Source: a virus (taxonomy: Duplodnaviria; Caudoviricetes). From it: a stretch of DNA of 40,893 nucleotides. Position 1 is the first letter of the stretch. Every line of letters starts with the position of its first letter. Where the stretch lies: positions 1-40,893 of the IMG/VR virus record IMGVR_UViG_3300048575_000121. One strand, written 5' to 3'. The translations under genes were made by a program, and so were the position numbers. Positions 17,184 to 24,514 of the stretch are shown here, piece after piece. The notes below the pieces were generated by a model. It was not told the origin of the DNA and made no database searches. It saw nothing but the letters and a program-made list of their open reading frames with translations.

Positions 17184-17783
17184 CTAGATGAATTTCCTGC
17201 GGACGGGGCGGGCGACGCGCTCGTAGCTCTTGACGTTGCTGTCCTGCCAGCCACCTTCGAAGTCCATGATGTAGGCGAGGTCGGCGGAGCGCTGCGTGCT
17301 CGACCAGTGATAGCCCTTGCTGAACAACTCGGGCACGTTCGCCTCGGCGATCTGGTTCTCGCGACGGGAGCCAAGGTAGAAGTCGGCATGGCCATCGGCG
17401 GTGTACTCCGAGGCCAGCTTCGCCGCCGGGTGCTCCTCGCTGTCGCCCAGCAGGGCCCGGGTGTTCGCTAGGCCGTCGCTGGCACTGTCGGCGCCCTCGG
17501 TTTCGTGCCCGTAGCCACCATAGGCTGCGCGGAACTCTGCAGCGGGGCCGGCGGCCACGATCAGGTAGTAGTCGCGACCGCCATTCTCGCCGCGCACCAG
17601 GCCGGCGTTGTGGCCGCCCTCACCGGGCCAGTAGGCGCCGAGCGGCGGGATGCTGTTGGCCGGTTCGAGGGTGCTGAACACAGCATCGCGAATCGGTTCG
17701 ACCGCCAGGTCGGGGCTGAAGAAATTGATGGTCAGGTGGTTCAGGCGCCCGATCTTCAGCGCGGGCAGTTGCTTCGCTTGCAT
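17184..17783 (-). CDS. DGR target protein 1 (C-terminal CLec/DUF1566-like variable domain)
   Basis: Ends YHWSSTQRSADLAYIMDFEGGWQDSNVKSYERVARPVRRKFI, which contains VR1; GAGG RBS. Confidence 0.9.
   Translation of the reverse strand: MQAKQLPALKIGRLNHLTINFFSPDLAVEPIRDAVFSTLEPANSIPPLGAYWPGEGGHNAGLVRGENGGRDYYLIVAAGPAAEFRAAYGGYGHETEGADSASDGLANTRALLGDSEEHPAAKLASEYTADGHADFYLGSRRENQIAEANVPELFSKGYHWSSTQRSADLAYIMDFEGGWQDSNVKSYERVARPVRRKFI
17197..17296 (-). repeat. DGR variable repeat VR1
   Basis: 100-bp ungapped match to the TR with 10 mismatches, all at TR adenines. Confidence 0.96.
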
Positions 17784-17844
17784 GGGAGGTCCTCAACGGA
17801 ATAGGGCGCAGGCGGCCGGCGCTTGCCCGGCATGCTTCTGGTCT

Positions 17845-17863
17845 GACCGCGGTGGGCGCGGTC
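17845..17863 (-). promoter_or_regulatory. GC hairpin downstream of VR2 (candidate retrohoming cis element)
   Basis: GACCGCG-CCCAC-CGCGGTC. Confidence 0.4.
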
Positions 17864-17901
17864 CCGCGAATCGCCTGCTGGAGAAGGAATGAATCAGTGG
17901 A

Positions 17902-18381
17902 TCACTGAAGGATGGGCAGGCTGCGGACGGGGCGGGCGACGCGCTCGCCGTCCTTGTCGACGTAGTGCTGCCAGCCATCTCCGAAGTCCATGCTGTAGGC
18001 GCCGTAGGCGGAGCGCTGCGCGCTCAGCCAATAGAGGCGGTCCTCGCGCAGATCGGTGACCAGACCGGCGTGCTTGGCCGCCATCAGCAGTTGGCCTTCC
18101 AGAGGTGCGGCGATGTGCGCACCCAACTCCAGGACCTTCTTGGCGAGTTCGCAGCCGGCTTCAGCCATGGCGCGGGTGTTGGCCAGGCCGTCGACGTAGT
18201 GGGTGAGCACGTCCAGGCCATACTCGCCCCAGGCGCCTTCCAGTTCGTACTCGGGGCCGAGCATTACCAGGGCGCGCTCCTGTGCGTTCACCCAGTAGCG
18301 TTCAACGAAGGTGCCGCCGGCCAGGGGCTGGCCGCGGGCGGGAAGTTCTGCAGCGGAAATGCTGGTGATGATCTCGGTCAT
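17902..18381 (-). CDS. DGR target protein 2 (CLec/DUF1566-like)
   Basis: MTEIITS... with AAGGA RBS; shares DGLANTRA with target 1; ends YWLSAQRSAYGAYSMDFGDGWQHYVDKDGERVARPVRSLPILQ. Confidence 0.9.
   Translation of the reverse strand: MTEIITSISAAELPARGQPLAGGTFVERYWVNAQERALVMLGPEYELEGAWGEYGLDVLTHYVDGLANTRAMAEAGCELAKKVLELGAHIAAPLEGQLLMAAKHAGLVTDLREDRLYWLSAQRSAYGAYSMDFGDGWQHYVDKDGERVARPVRSLPILQ
17921..18020 (-). repeat. DGR variable repeat VR2
   Basis: 100-bp ungapped match to the TR with 12 mismatches, all at TR adenines. Confidence 0.96.
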
Positions 18382-18409
18382 GGTGCTGTCCTTGTGCTCG
18401 ACTGGGCGT

Positions 18410-18433
18410 AAAAAGGCCCGGCCGGAGCCGGGC
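18410..18433 (-). terminator. Intrinsic terminator just upstream of the DGR target genes
   Basis: Minus strand GCCCGG-CTCCGG-CCGGGC-CTTTTT. Confidence 0.55.
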
Positions 18434-18503
18434 AATACCAAGGGGGTGTTGATGCTCGTCGCATCCCACTGCCGCCTCGGTGAAGCGGCAGAAGTGATGC
18501 TGA

Positions 18504-18785
18504 TCAGATGATCGCGGTGAGCGTCTTGGATCCGTCCCCGTGCTCGGTGGTGAGCATCATCGGAGCAGGGCGCGCCTGGCGTCGGATGTGGGCGTTGCAG
18601 TCACGGTGCAGCGGGTCGTTTTCACCGCTTTCATCCGGGAGGAGGGTCGTGCAGCGCAGGCCGTCGTCTTCTTCGGTCGGAATCGCAAAGTCGGCCATCA
18701 TGGCTATGCCATGCTCCTTGCAGACGTCGATGATCTTCGTCATCAGCGGGCTGATCTGCTCGTCGTAAATTTCTTCTTTGTTCAT
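18504..18785 (-). CDS. Phage hypothetical protein
   Basis: MNKEEIYDEQISPLM...; AGGAG RBS; bracketed by two related stem-loop repeats. Confidence 0.75.
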   Translation of the reverse strand: MNKEEIYDEQISPLMTKIIDVCKEHGIAMMADFAIPTEEDDGLRCTTLLPDESGENDPLHRDCNAHIRRQARPAPMMLTTEHGDGSKTLTAII

Positions 18786-18896
18786 GGCGCTCTCCTGGTT
18801 GTCATCCCGCTGCACCCGGTCGCCCAGGTGCAGAAGTGATGCTCTCGGTGTTGCCGCCGCGCTCAGCAATCTGGCGTCTCGCGCGGCGTGTTTCGG

Positions 18897-19160
18897 TCAG
18901 GTGTTGGACCGGTGCGCACGAGTGGCGTAGCACCAAACCGGCCAAAGCTGCATCGCTGCGGCGATATTCGCGTTCGTGCCTTCCCACCCATCCAGCAGTT
19001 CCGCTGCCTGCTCACGAATGGGCTTGGCTGATTCGAGCTCAAAGCGCTGCTCGCAATAACGCGCTGCAAACTCGCGGCTGATGTTGAAGATGGGGGAGGC
19101 CATGGTCAGCACCATGTCCTCGGCGATCTCTGCCGGGCTGCGCCCGTAGGTAGCGGCCAT
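18897..19160 (-). CDS. Phage hypothetical protein
   Basis: 87-aa ORF, 3 nt after the upstream stop. Confidence 0.55.
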   Translation of the reverse strand: MAATYGRSPAEIAEDMVLTMASPIFNISREFAARYCEQRFELESAKPIREQAAELLDGWEGTNANIAAAMQLWPVWCYATRAHRSNT

Positions 19161-19163
19161 CTC

Positions 19164-19376
19164 TTATCCCTCAATGTCGAAGTGGCGGCGGGCGAACCGC
19201 TCCCCGATCTCATCGAGAAGGGCCTCGGCGCCAAAGTGGTTAACGATCTGCTCGATGTCGAAGTTCTCCAGCACCGAGGTGCCGTCCGCATCGAATGCTG
19301 AGATGCCTACCGTGGTGCGGCTGGCTGGATCGACGTCGATCTTGTAGGCCGTGAAGTTCAAAACGCTGATGTTCAT
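19164..19376 (-). CDS. Phage hypothetical protein (acidic, 70 aa)
   Basis: GAGGA RBS; first clear gene of the PL operon. Confidence 0.65.
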   Translation of the reverse strand: MNISVLNFTAYKIDVDPASRTTVGISAFDADGTSVLENFDIEQIVNHFGAEALLDEIGERFARRHFDIEG

Positions 19377-19896
19377 GAGCCTGTCCTCTTGGCTGACTTC
19401 CCAGATGCCACCCTCTGGATGGCATCGAGGAAATCGGTGTTCTCCGCGTTCGCCTAACTGGGCTTCTACAACCCGCGGGTGGTGCTGTCCTCACCACTGC
19501 CGATAGCAGCTCGGACTCGATGTGTTTGGCCTTGGGCTTCCCTCGCTGCGCCTTCAATCGGTGTACGGAGCAGGTCGTGGGGGACTAGGTGATCTCGCGG
19601 TTCACTGCAGCCCGGCGGCCTGGTGATGTGGGCAGCTGCTCGCGAGGTGCCGATCCGAGCATCGGCTGGGCTTAGTGCTTCATGGGCTGGTTCCTCCTCT
19701 GTGTTTGTTCCTCGCCATGCTCGTCGCCGGGTTTCCCCACCTCTGCCCGCTGCCGCTACTGGCGTCACATCGGGTGGCTCGCATGGTTTGGCGTCCTCGC
19801 GATATGGCGAGTCCGGCAGCTATCCAGAGGCTGCGTGGGCGACGGTTTAGCTTTCTCTCCACCGGCAGGCGCCGGTACGTCGCTGGGTACGTCTGG

Positions 19897-19909
19897 TTGT
19901 TAAAGAGCG
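19897..19909 (-). promoter_or_regulatory. boxA antitermination element (nutL-like)
   Basis: Minus strand CGCTCTTTAACAA matches the consensus boxA, just downstream of PL. Confidence 0.75.
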
Positions 19910-19946
19910 GTGCCCGGGTGGGCTGCCGGTGAACTGGCGTGGAACA

Positions 19947-20054
19947 AATATGTACCATAGGTTCACTTTAGGTCAAGAACCAAAAGTACATATTTTGGCC
20001 GAATGATCACATGTGATTGTTTTTAGTGAATAAATTTTATGTACCGATGGTTCT
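19947..20054 (-). promoter_or_regulatory. PL promoter / OL operators
   Basis: 15-bp quasi-palindromes TGTACCATAGGTTCA (19951), AGAACCAAAAGTACA (19976), TGTACCGATGGTTCT (20040); -35 TTGACC at 19976-19971. Confidence 0.75.
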
Positions 20055-20078
20055 TGATTCGCCGCGTTCTATCTAATA

Positions 20079-20094
20079 CTGTATGTGCATACAG
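20079..20094 (+). promoter_or_regulatory. LexA (SOS) box
   Basis: Perfect palindrome CTGT-ATGTGCAT-ACAG overlapping the -10 (TACTGT) of a TTGATT-17-TACTGT promoter. Confidence 0.85.
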
Positions 20095-20116
20095 TTATTG
20101 CAAAAGGAGAGTTGTA

Positions 20117-20374
20117 ATGGCGAAGCAAGCAAAGAGGCAGGAACCCCGCGCACCGAGCAGCTACGAGGTGCTGGGGAGAAGAATTCAGCGACTGATGGGC
20201 ATGCCGGCCGCGCAGCTGGCGCGGTCGCTGACCATCAGGAAGGAGGAGGGTGAGAGCCAGGTTGACTGGGACCGGCTGCTGGACGAGATGACCCTGGCTG
20301 ACGGGGTGGACATCGAGGAGGGAGAGGAGGGCGCTGTCACCATTCGGTGGCAGGTGGACGAGAGCGCCTGGTAG
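20117..20374 (+). CDS. DUF1654-like protein
   Basis: SYEVLGRRIQRLM..PAAQ...TI...EGE...DWDRLL.E...V.I.W; AGGAG RBS. Confidence 0.75.
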   Translation: MAKQAKRQEPRAPSSYEVLGRRIQRLMGMPAAQLARSLTIRKEEGESQVDWDRLLDEMTLADGVDIEEGEEGAVTIRWQVDESAW

Positions 20375-20459
20375 GGAAGGCTGGGCGCCCCGCGCTGATG
20401 TGGTGATGAGCCGCGTAGCCATGGATGTACAATCCGCGCGCCCAAACCAGGAAGCGAAA

Positions 20460-20813
20460 ATGAACAGCGTTAGCCGCAGGATCGATCAGTTGCGCCGGAA
20501 AATCCCTGGCTTCGAGTGCAAGTCTGGCTGCCACGACTGCTGCGGACCGGTCACTGCGTCTTCGGAAGAGATGGCCCGGCTGCCAGCCAAGAGTCAGGCC
20601 GAGCACGATGCTGCCTTGGCGGAGTGGAGCTGTGTCCATCTTGGCCCCAATGGGTGCGAGGCGTATGAGCAGCGCCCACTCATCTGCCGGCTGTTCGGGA
20701 CCACGCCCAGCATGCCGTGTCCGGAGGGGAGAGGGCCCGAGACGCCTACGGATGAATCGGTGGTGCGGCAGGTCCACCAACTGATCGCCAGTACGCGACA
20801 GGTTCTGGTTTAG
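20460..20813 (+). CDS. YkgJ-family cysteine-cluster (Zn/Fe-chelating) protein
   Basis: FECKSGCHDCCGPV...CVHL...GC..YEQRPLICRLFG. Confidence 0.85.
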   Translation: MNSVSRRIDQLRRKIPGFECKSGCHDCCGPVTASSEEMARLPAKSQAEHDAALAEWSCVHLGPNGCEAYEQRPLICRLFGTTPSMPCPEGRGPETPTDESVVRQVHQLIASTRQVLV

Positions 20814-20821
20814 GCTGCTGA

Positions 20822-20859
20822 GAAACGAAAAGCCCCGCAGTGCGGGGCTTTGTCGTTTC
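20822..20859. terminator. Bidirectional intrinsic terminator
   Basis: AAAGCCCCGCA-G-TGCGGGGCTTT between convergent genes. Confidence 0.8.
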
Positions 20860-21694
20860 AATGAATGGCTTCTGGGATGCCTTGCCGAATCTCGTCCAGC
20901 AGACTTTGATCGGGAAGTTCGTTGCTGACTACTCGGACCGAATCGATCTCGATGAGCTGATCCACAATGTCGCTATACGCCGAGAGCAGTTTTTGTTTCT
21001 TGCTTGCTGGCGGCGCAGCAATAAACAGGGTGTCTCGAGCCAGTTTATTGGCCCTATGGAGTCTACGTACCTTTGCGAGCCAGGCATCGCCGTGCTCGAG
21101 TATCTTCGCTGGCTCATCGTGCCCCAAGTGAATAGGCTTGATGGCTTGAACGGCGCCATCGGTGTCCAGAATCACATAGGGGAATTTTACCGGGTAGTCG
21201 GTGGTTCCTAGCTTCTGCTCCTTGTAGCGCTGCTTGAGGTTGGCGGCTGCAAGCAGATGCCCAAGCTGACGCTCCAACACTTTCTCCTCATACTCCTTGC
21301 TCGCGAAGCTGAGGTTGATGTAGTGGTCGAAGATTGATTGGAGCGCCTCATCAACCCTCTCCACAGCGATGGTTCCAGGCGCGCTGAAGCGCATCATGGT
21401 CTCGCGTGGATGGATCAGGCTCTTGAATGCTGCAAGCTGAGTGGATTGCTGGTCCCGGTACTTGCTGAAGAAGATCGACAGGCGCGCGAGTTCCTGCTCA
21501 ACCTCGGCGCGCGCGCGGATGTATATCTTGGCGTCGAGCTTGTGGAAGAAGTTGGTCACACGCTGGCGCTTGGTTTCGACTTTGTAGTGAAACTCGCCAT
21601 TGCTGGCCAGCAGAACCACTCCGATATTCACGAACTCCCCCGTCTCGGGGTAGGGGAGGAATCGCAGGATCGAATAGTTGCAGAAGTAGTTCAT
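20858..21694 (-). CDS. DUF3037-domain protein
   Basis: YSILRFLPYPETGEFVNIGVVL N-terminal signature; ATGA overlap with the kinase. Confidence 0.8.
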   Translation of the reverse strand: MNYFCNYSILRFLPYPETGEFVNIGVVLLASNGEFHYKVETKRQRVTNFFHKLDAKIYIRARAEVEQELARLSIFFSKYRDQQSTQLAAFKSLIHPRETMMRFSAPGTIAVERVDEALQSIFDHYINLSFASKEYEEKVLERQLGHLLAAANLKQRYKEQKLGTTDYPVKFPYVILDTDGAVQAIKPIHLGHDEPAKILEHGDAWLAKVRRLHRANKLARDTLFIAAPPASKKQKLLSAYSDIVDQLIEIDSVRVVSNELPDQSLLDEIRQGIPEAIH

Positions 21695-22434
21695 AGCTGC
21701 CCCCAGAAGCGCTCGTCCCTGAACTGATGCAGCGTTTCAAGCCTTTGAAGCAGGGTGGGAATGGTTTCGTCGATCTCGTCCGAATCTCGGTAGATCCACT
21801 CTACCGGCAAAAGGGCTACGATCCTATCCCAATGCCCAAGGGCTGCGTCAAGTTCCCGTGCATATTCCTGACGAGTGACCAGGTCCTGGAAGTGACGGAG
21901 CTGATCGCGGAACACGTGGTTGTCGCAAAACTCTTCAGCGGTCAGGCTGGCATCGAACGCCACGTTGTGATCGATCACCACTAGGTTGCCCTGTGAGTCC
22001 AGGAGGAGATTAACGTTCCCTCCGTTTTCGCCAAGGCATCGGTCACCATTCTGAATCCACCAGTCGAAAAGCAAGACTTTGCGCTGCAGTTCCAGTGGGA
22101 CGCTTCGCAGGCCGGCCCACATCAGCTCGTTGACATTCTCGACCTGCCTTGAGGCGAAAGCAGGCCCCCCGGATAGGTCCCGAATGTTCTCCATGGGGCT
22201 GAAGTCGATAAGGCCCTGCGGGATGTCTATGATGCGCCATTCTGGAATCGGCAGCCCCATGAGCACGCCAAGCTCGGCAGCGATAACTTCAGACATCAGA
22301 GAAGGGCCGCCTGCGCGATTGAGCCCCTTCACAAAATAGCGATTTCCATCGTCGGCGCGCACCAGAAACGGCCTGACAGAGATGCCCTGCTCACTCTGGC
22401 GGATGACCTCTATGGCTGTGACCCGATCAGGCAT
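21691..22434 (-). CDS. HipA-family (HipA_2-like) kinase
   Basis: QGISVRPF..DDG..YFVKG, E.IAA.LG..MGLPIP, FDWWIQNGDR, NVNLL, VIDHN.AF. Confidence 0.82.
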   Translation of the reverse strand: MPDRVTAIEVIRQSEQGISVRPFLVRADDGNRYFVKGLNRAGGPSLMSEVIAAELGVLMGLPIPEWRIIDIPQGLIDFSPMENIRDLSGGPAFASRQVENVNELMWAGLRSVPLELQRKVLLFDWWIQNGDRCLGENGGNVNLLLDSQGNLVVIDHNVAFDASLTAEEFCDNHVFRDQLRHFQDLVTRQEYARELDAALGHWDRIVALLPVEWIYRDSDEIDETIPTLLQRLETLHQFRDERFWGQL

Positions 22435-22494
22435 TCCATTTCCTTTGCAGTTCCAATTCCGATCATGCAGCCGCTGCCTAATCGAGCAGTGCGA

Positions 22495-23214
22495 CTACAG
22501 GTCTCCGCCACGCCAAACGATCTGCCCCATCAGCGACATTGGCTCGTCATCCTCGTCCAGCCATTGGTCAGGGAATTCGCGCTTGTCGAGGTTGTCGCTG
22601 ATCAGCCCCCACTGGTTCACAGCGCTGGCATGCGAAAGGCGCTTGATGATCACGCCGTCGGCGCCGTTGAGGGCGAAGATTGTGTTGTGGATCGGCTCCT
22701 TCTGAGCCTTGTTCAACAGCACCACGTCGCCATCGTTGATGGTGGGATGCATGCTCCACCCGTCGGCATAGAAGGCTTCCAGATATTTCACATTCAAGCC
22801 CCTGGCCATGATCCAGGATCGCTTGAACGCCAGATGCCCCTTCACTTCGACGTAGGGGTTCTCGTAGCCGCGGCCCATTGCGCCCCTGGCGCTCTTCAGC
22901 GGGACGTGGACGTATTCGTCATCGGATGAGTCCACCGAAGGTTCGGGCTCTGGCTTCGCCTGGTCCGACTCACGCATTTCGCCCAAGCCGTATTCCAGCC
23001 ATTCGACTCGCACACCCAATGAGCTGGCAATCGCCTGCATGTTGGTGCGGCCAGGCATGCTCTCCATGTTCAGCCATTTGCTTGCGGCCTTCGGCGTCAC
23101 CTTGGTGATTTCCGATAGGCGAGCGCCAAGCCCCCAGTCTGGAATACCCGAGGCGCTTGAAGCCTGCTTGAGGCGGGCGACGAAGGCCTGCCGTATATCG
23201 ATCGATTGAACCAT
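22495..23214 (-). CDS. cI: CI repressor (HTH + S24 peptidase)
   Basis: N-terminal HTH, MG-RG cleavage-region motif, DGWSMHPTINDGD (Ser), IIKRL (Lys), GQIVWRG; divergent from cro. Confidence 0.9.
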   Translation of the reverse strand: MVQSIDIRQAFVARLKQASSASGIPDWGLGARLSEITKVTPKAASKWLNMESMPGRTNMQAIASSLGVRVEWLEYGLGEMRESDQAKPEPEPSVDSSDDEYVHVPLKSARGAMGRGYENPYVEVKGHLAFKRSWIMARGLNVKYLEAFYADGWSMHPTINDGDVVLLNKAQKEPIHNTIFALNGADGVIIKRLSHASAVNQWGLISDNLDKREFPDQWLDEDDEPMSLMGQIVWRGGDL

Positions 23215-23278
23215 AGGTTCACTATCCCATGTGCTTGCCTGTACTTTCAGTTCCGATCTAATATGTACTTATGGTTCA
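23207..23278. promoter_or_regulatory. OR operators and PR
   Basis: TGAACCATAGGTTCA (23207, spans the cI ATG), TGTACTTTCAGTTCC (23240), TGTACTTATGGTTCA (23264); same consensus as OL; PR TTGCCT-18-TAATAT. Confidence 0.8.
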
Positions 23279-23296
23279 TATAGGTCCGGAGGCCCC

Positions 23297-23536
23297 ATGA
23301 GCACCCTCAAGCAAGCGATTGAAGACGCCGGTGGCGCTGCAGCTGTTGCGGCTTCCTGCGGCGTAAGCGCTCGCGCCATCTACAAATGGGCTGCCTCGGG
23401 CAGCCTGCCTCGCACCGAATACACCGGCGAGACCGACTACGCCGACCGCATCGCCCGCCTGGCTGCAGAGCGCGGGAACCATCTGGACGCTGCTGCTCTT
23501 CGTGCCAGTGCAGCCCCGAAGCGCAGCGCCGCATAG
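23297..23536 (+). CDS. cro: Cro-like repressor
   Basis: GGAGG RBS; AIEDAGGAAAVAASCGVSARAIYKW...LPRTEYTGET. Confidence 0.85.
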   Translation: MSTLKQAIEDAGGAAAVAASCGVSARAIYKWAASGSLPRTEYTGETDYADRIARLAAERGNHLDAAALRASAAPKRSAA

Positions 23537-23630
23537 GAGCAGCTCCCCATGACGATCCCTGCCACCGACAGCCAGCGACCGCTGCTGCGCGCCGACGAGG
23601 AGAGCCGCAGGGCGTTCTACTCCCGGTGCC

Positions 23631-23891
23631 TCAACTCTGGTTTGGCTCTGTTCGGATTGCATTCCACATCCGGACGTAGTTCTCGAGGCCGGAAATGACT
23701 TCGTCGGGAACGGAGGAATAAGCGAGGTGCGACCTGGCATGCGCGACTTCGTTATCGAATTCAGAGAGCAATCGAGCCAGATGCTCCTGAGGTAGCGACC
23801 TGGCGACAGCAGCAAGCATTGAGTGCACTCCGATCAGTTCGCCTTTCTGGGCGTTCATGGTCGCGATGATTTTATCGATGACGTCAGTCAT
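23631..23891 (-). CDS. Hypothetical protein inserted antisense between cro and cII
   Basis: GGAGG RBS, 86-aa helical ORF MTDVIDKIIATM... Confidence 0.55.
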   Translation of the reverse strand: MTDVIDKIIATMNAQKGELIGVHSMLAAVARSLPQEHLARLLSEFDNEVAHARSHLAYSSVPDEVISGLENYVRMWNAIRTEPNQS

Positions 23892-24016
23892 GCCGGGCCT
23901 CCGTGGCCGTTTCGTGTGGAAGCAAAACGATACCACGCAGCGCCCGGCGCCTATTTGAGATCAGCTTGCCAGCATGACCTGGCGGGCTCCACGGAAAGAG
24001 AAGCGAGGGTTTACGA

Positions 24017-24451
24017 ATGCAGCAGTTCCTGAGGGCATGCCACGACACCGTGAAGGACTACGGGGCCGAAAAGCTCGCCGGCCAGATGGGGCTTCCCCAT
24101 GTGAGCCTGCTGCAGCGTGCGAACCCAGACAACGATTCGCACCGCCTGACCATCAACCACCTCTACCAGATCCTGCTCCACACCGGCGATCTGCGCCCGC
24201 TCCAGGAGTTGGCGCATTCCTTCGGCTTCCACCTGGTCGCCCGTGAAGTCGCCCCGGAGGAGTGTCTGGCCAATGCCACGCTGGCGATGGCGAGCGAAGC
24301 GGCGGACGTGACGAAGGCTGCCATTGAGGCGCTGGCCGACGGCGTTGTCACCCGCATGGAGTGCAAGAGGATCGAGCGGGAAGGGGAGGAGGCGAAGAAC
24401 AAGATCGACGTCGTCATCGCCACGGCGCGCGCGAAGGTCGGCGGCCACTGA
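24017..24451 (+). CDS. CII-family phage regulatory protein
   Basis: LAGQMG....LLQRANPDNDSHRLT...ALADGVVT..E; position after cro. Confidence 0.75.
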   Translation: MQQFLRACHDTVKDYGAEKLAGQMGLPHVSLLQRANPDNDSHRLTINHLYQILLHTGDLRPLQELAHSFGFHLVAREVAPEECLANATLAMASEAADVTKAAIEALADGVVTRMECKRIEREGEEAKNKIDVVIATARAKVGGH

Positions 24452-24514
24452 AAAAGCAAAACCCCGGCACGGATGGGGATTCGGGGCCGGGGTTTTTGAC
24501 GAACGGGAGTAAGT

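Noticed and set aside
16514-18020. Three 100-bp repeats as a CRISPR array or simple duplication; RT as group II intron or retron
   Set aside because: No repeat-spacer periodicity or cas genes. The adenine-only mismatches, Avd and LPIGNLSSQ motif identify a DGR.
19380-19940. N-like antiterminator gene or tRNA in the PL leader
   Set aside because: Several short ORFs and hairpins, but none with a convincing RBS plus motif or a cloverleaf; left unannotated.
24452-24497. Hairpin AAAACCCCGGC...GCCGGGGTTTT as an ncRNA
   Set aside because: Adequately explained as an ordinary terminator between cII and the antirepressor.
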